64,000 nucleotides of DNA from Anaeromyxobacteraceae bacterium. GTDB taxonomy: Bacteria; Myxococcota; Myxococcia; Myxococcales; Anaeromyxobacteraceae. Below are positions 62,987-64,000 of this stretch, one piece after another. The stretch covers positions 64,001 to 128,000 of the forward strand of contig JASGHJ010000002.1 in NCBI GenBank assembly GCA_047602405.1, read 5' to 3'. The translations under genes and the position numbers were made by a program. Position 1 is the stretch's first letter. Each line of letters begins with the position of its first letter. The notes below the pieces were generated by a model. That model was not told the origin of the DNA. It worked only from the letters and a program-made list of their open reading frames with translations, and ran no database searches.

Positions 62987-64000
62987 ATGTCCCAGCCTCC
63001 CGCGCCGCCCCAGGTCCCGTTCACCGCCGAGGCGCTCGCGCGCGTGGGCCGCGCCGCGGCCGCGCTGGCCTGGGCGGAGGGCATGACGGTGCTGAAGCCG
63101 GACGGCACGGTGGTGCCGATCCCGCTCCTCGCCGAGCCGGAGGTGATGCCGCGCGAGGAGCTCCTCGCGGCGGCCCGCGAGGCCGAGCTCATCCTCTCGG
63201 GAGCGGTGAAGCTCGCCCGCCACCTCGCCACCGGCGGCGACGACCGCGACCGGGCCGCGCTCGCCGAGCCCTTCTCCGGCCTGGAGGCCGAGGCGATGGC
63301 GGTCCTCTTCGCCCGCGCGCCGCTGACCGTGATGGTGGCCCGGGTCGACTTCCTCGTGCCGGAGACCGGCGGGGCGCCGCGCGCGCTCGAGCTCAACGCG
63401 ACCATCCCGGCGATGCCGGCGTACGCGGACCTCGCGACCTTCTCCTGGCTGCGGGCGGCCGCGCGCGAGCGCGGGCTGTCGCCGCGGCAGGAGGCCGACC
63501 TCGTCGCCCGCACCGGCAGCCACATGGAGCGGCTCCGCGAGGCGCTCGTCGCCTACTACCGGCAGCGGGGCGGCACCCGCGAGCGCCCGTCGATCGCCAT
63601 CGTGGCGCGCCCCGGCGACGCGCAGATCGGCGAGCTCCGCCGGCTCGCCGGGCACTTCCGGCAGATGGGCCACCGGGTCGAGAACCTCGTGCCGCTGGAC
63701 TGCGTGCCGGAGGACTGGGACGTCCTCTACCGGCACGTCTGGGCGAACCGCGTCGACCCCAACACGCCCTTCGCGCGCGCGCTCCGCGCGCCCGACCGCT
63801 ACGTGCTCGCGAACCCGGTGAACGGGCTGCTCGAGGCGAAGGCGCTCTTCGCGCGGCTCTCGGAGTGCGCGGAGGACCGCGGGCTCGCCGGCCGCGCCGG
63901 CCTCTCGGAGGACGAGCGCGGGGCCGCGGCGCGGCTCCCCTGGACCCGGCGGCTCGAGCCGTCCCTGCGCGCGAGGCTGCTCGAGGACCGCGCCGCCTTC
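62987..64000 (+). CDS. ATP-grasp-like protein (glutathione synthetase / circularly permuted type), 3'-truncated by window edge
   Basis: Translated by hand because it is absent from the ORF track (no stop in window): MSQPPAPPQVPF…VARVDFLVP…PRALELNATIPAM. Confidence 0.55.
   Translation, partial: MSQPPAPPQVPFTAEALARVGRAAAALAWAEGMTVLKPDGTVVPIPLLAEPEVMPREELLAAAREAELILSGAVKLARHLATGGDDRDRAALAEPFSGLEAEAMAVLFARAPLTVMVARVDFLVPETGGAPRALELNATIPAMPAYADLATFSWLRAAARERGLSPRQEADLVARTGSHMERLREALVAYYRQRGGTRERPSIAIVARPGDAQIGELRRLAGHFRQMGHRVENLVPLDCVPEDWDVLYRHVWANRVDPNTPFARALRAPDRYVLANPVNGLLEAKALFARLSECAEDRGLAGRAGLSEDERGAAARLPWTRRLEPSLRARLLEDRAAF

Overview
Very GC-rich bacterial chromosome segment. Gene content (many orphan hybrid histidine kinases, spdEFG1-type EF-G, DUF748 protein) points to Myxococcota, most like Anaeromyxobacter (inference). 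Housekeeping genes (pgsA, tRNA-Gly(GCC), asnS, dinB, fusA, crcB, mobA, fabI, IscA/ErpA family, PduO-type adenosyltransferase) are interleaved with accessory blocks. Most notable: (1) a non-coding ~650-bp element between fabI and an MBL hydrolase, made of two inverted ~290-305-nt copies that each fold into a long rod and differ by compensatory base-pair changes, around a 20-bp tandem repeat; (2) a probable copper-uptake operon (His/Cys leader ORF, OprC-like TonB receptor, two Fn3 lipoproteins sharing an uncharacterised Cys/Met domain); (3) an ECF sigma / membrane anti-sigma / TPR-beta-barrel module with two matching ECF promoters and a divergent Cys-repeat, Met/His-tailed lipoprotein; (4) a 17-bp tandem repeat forming a relay of overlapping hexapeptide mini-ORFs; (5) six single-base-insertion frameshifts, four at the same TCGAATC motif, probably methylation-linked sequencing errors. 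No integrase, transposase, CRISPR array or rRNA was seen. All product calls come from motif recognition by eye, not database searches.
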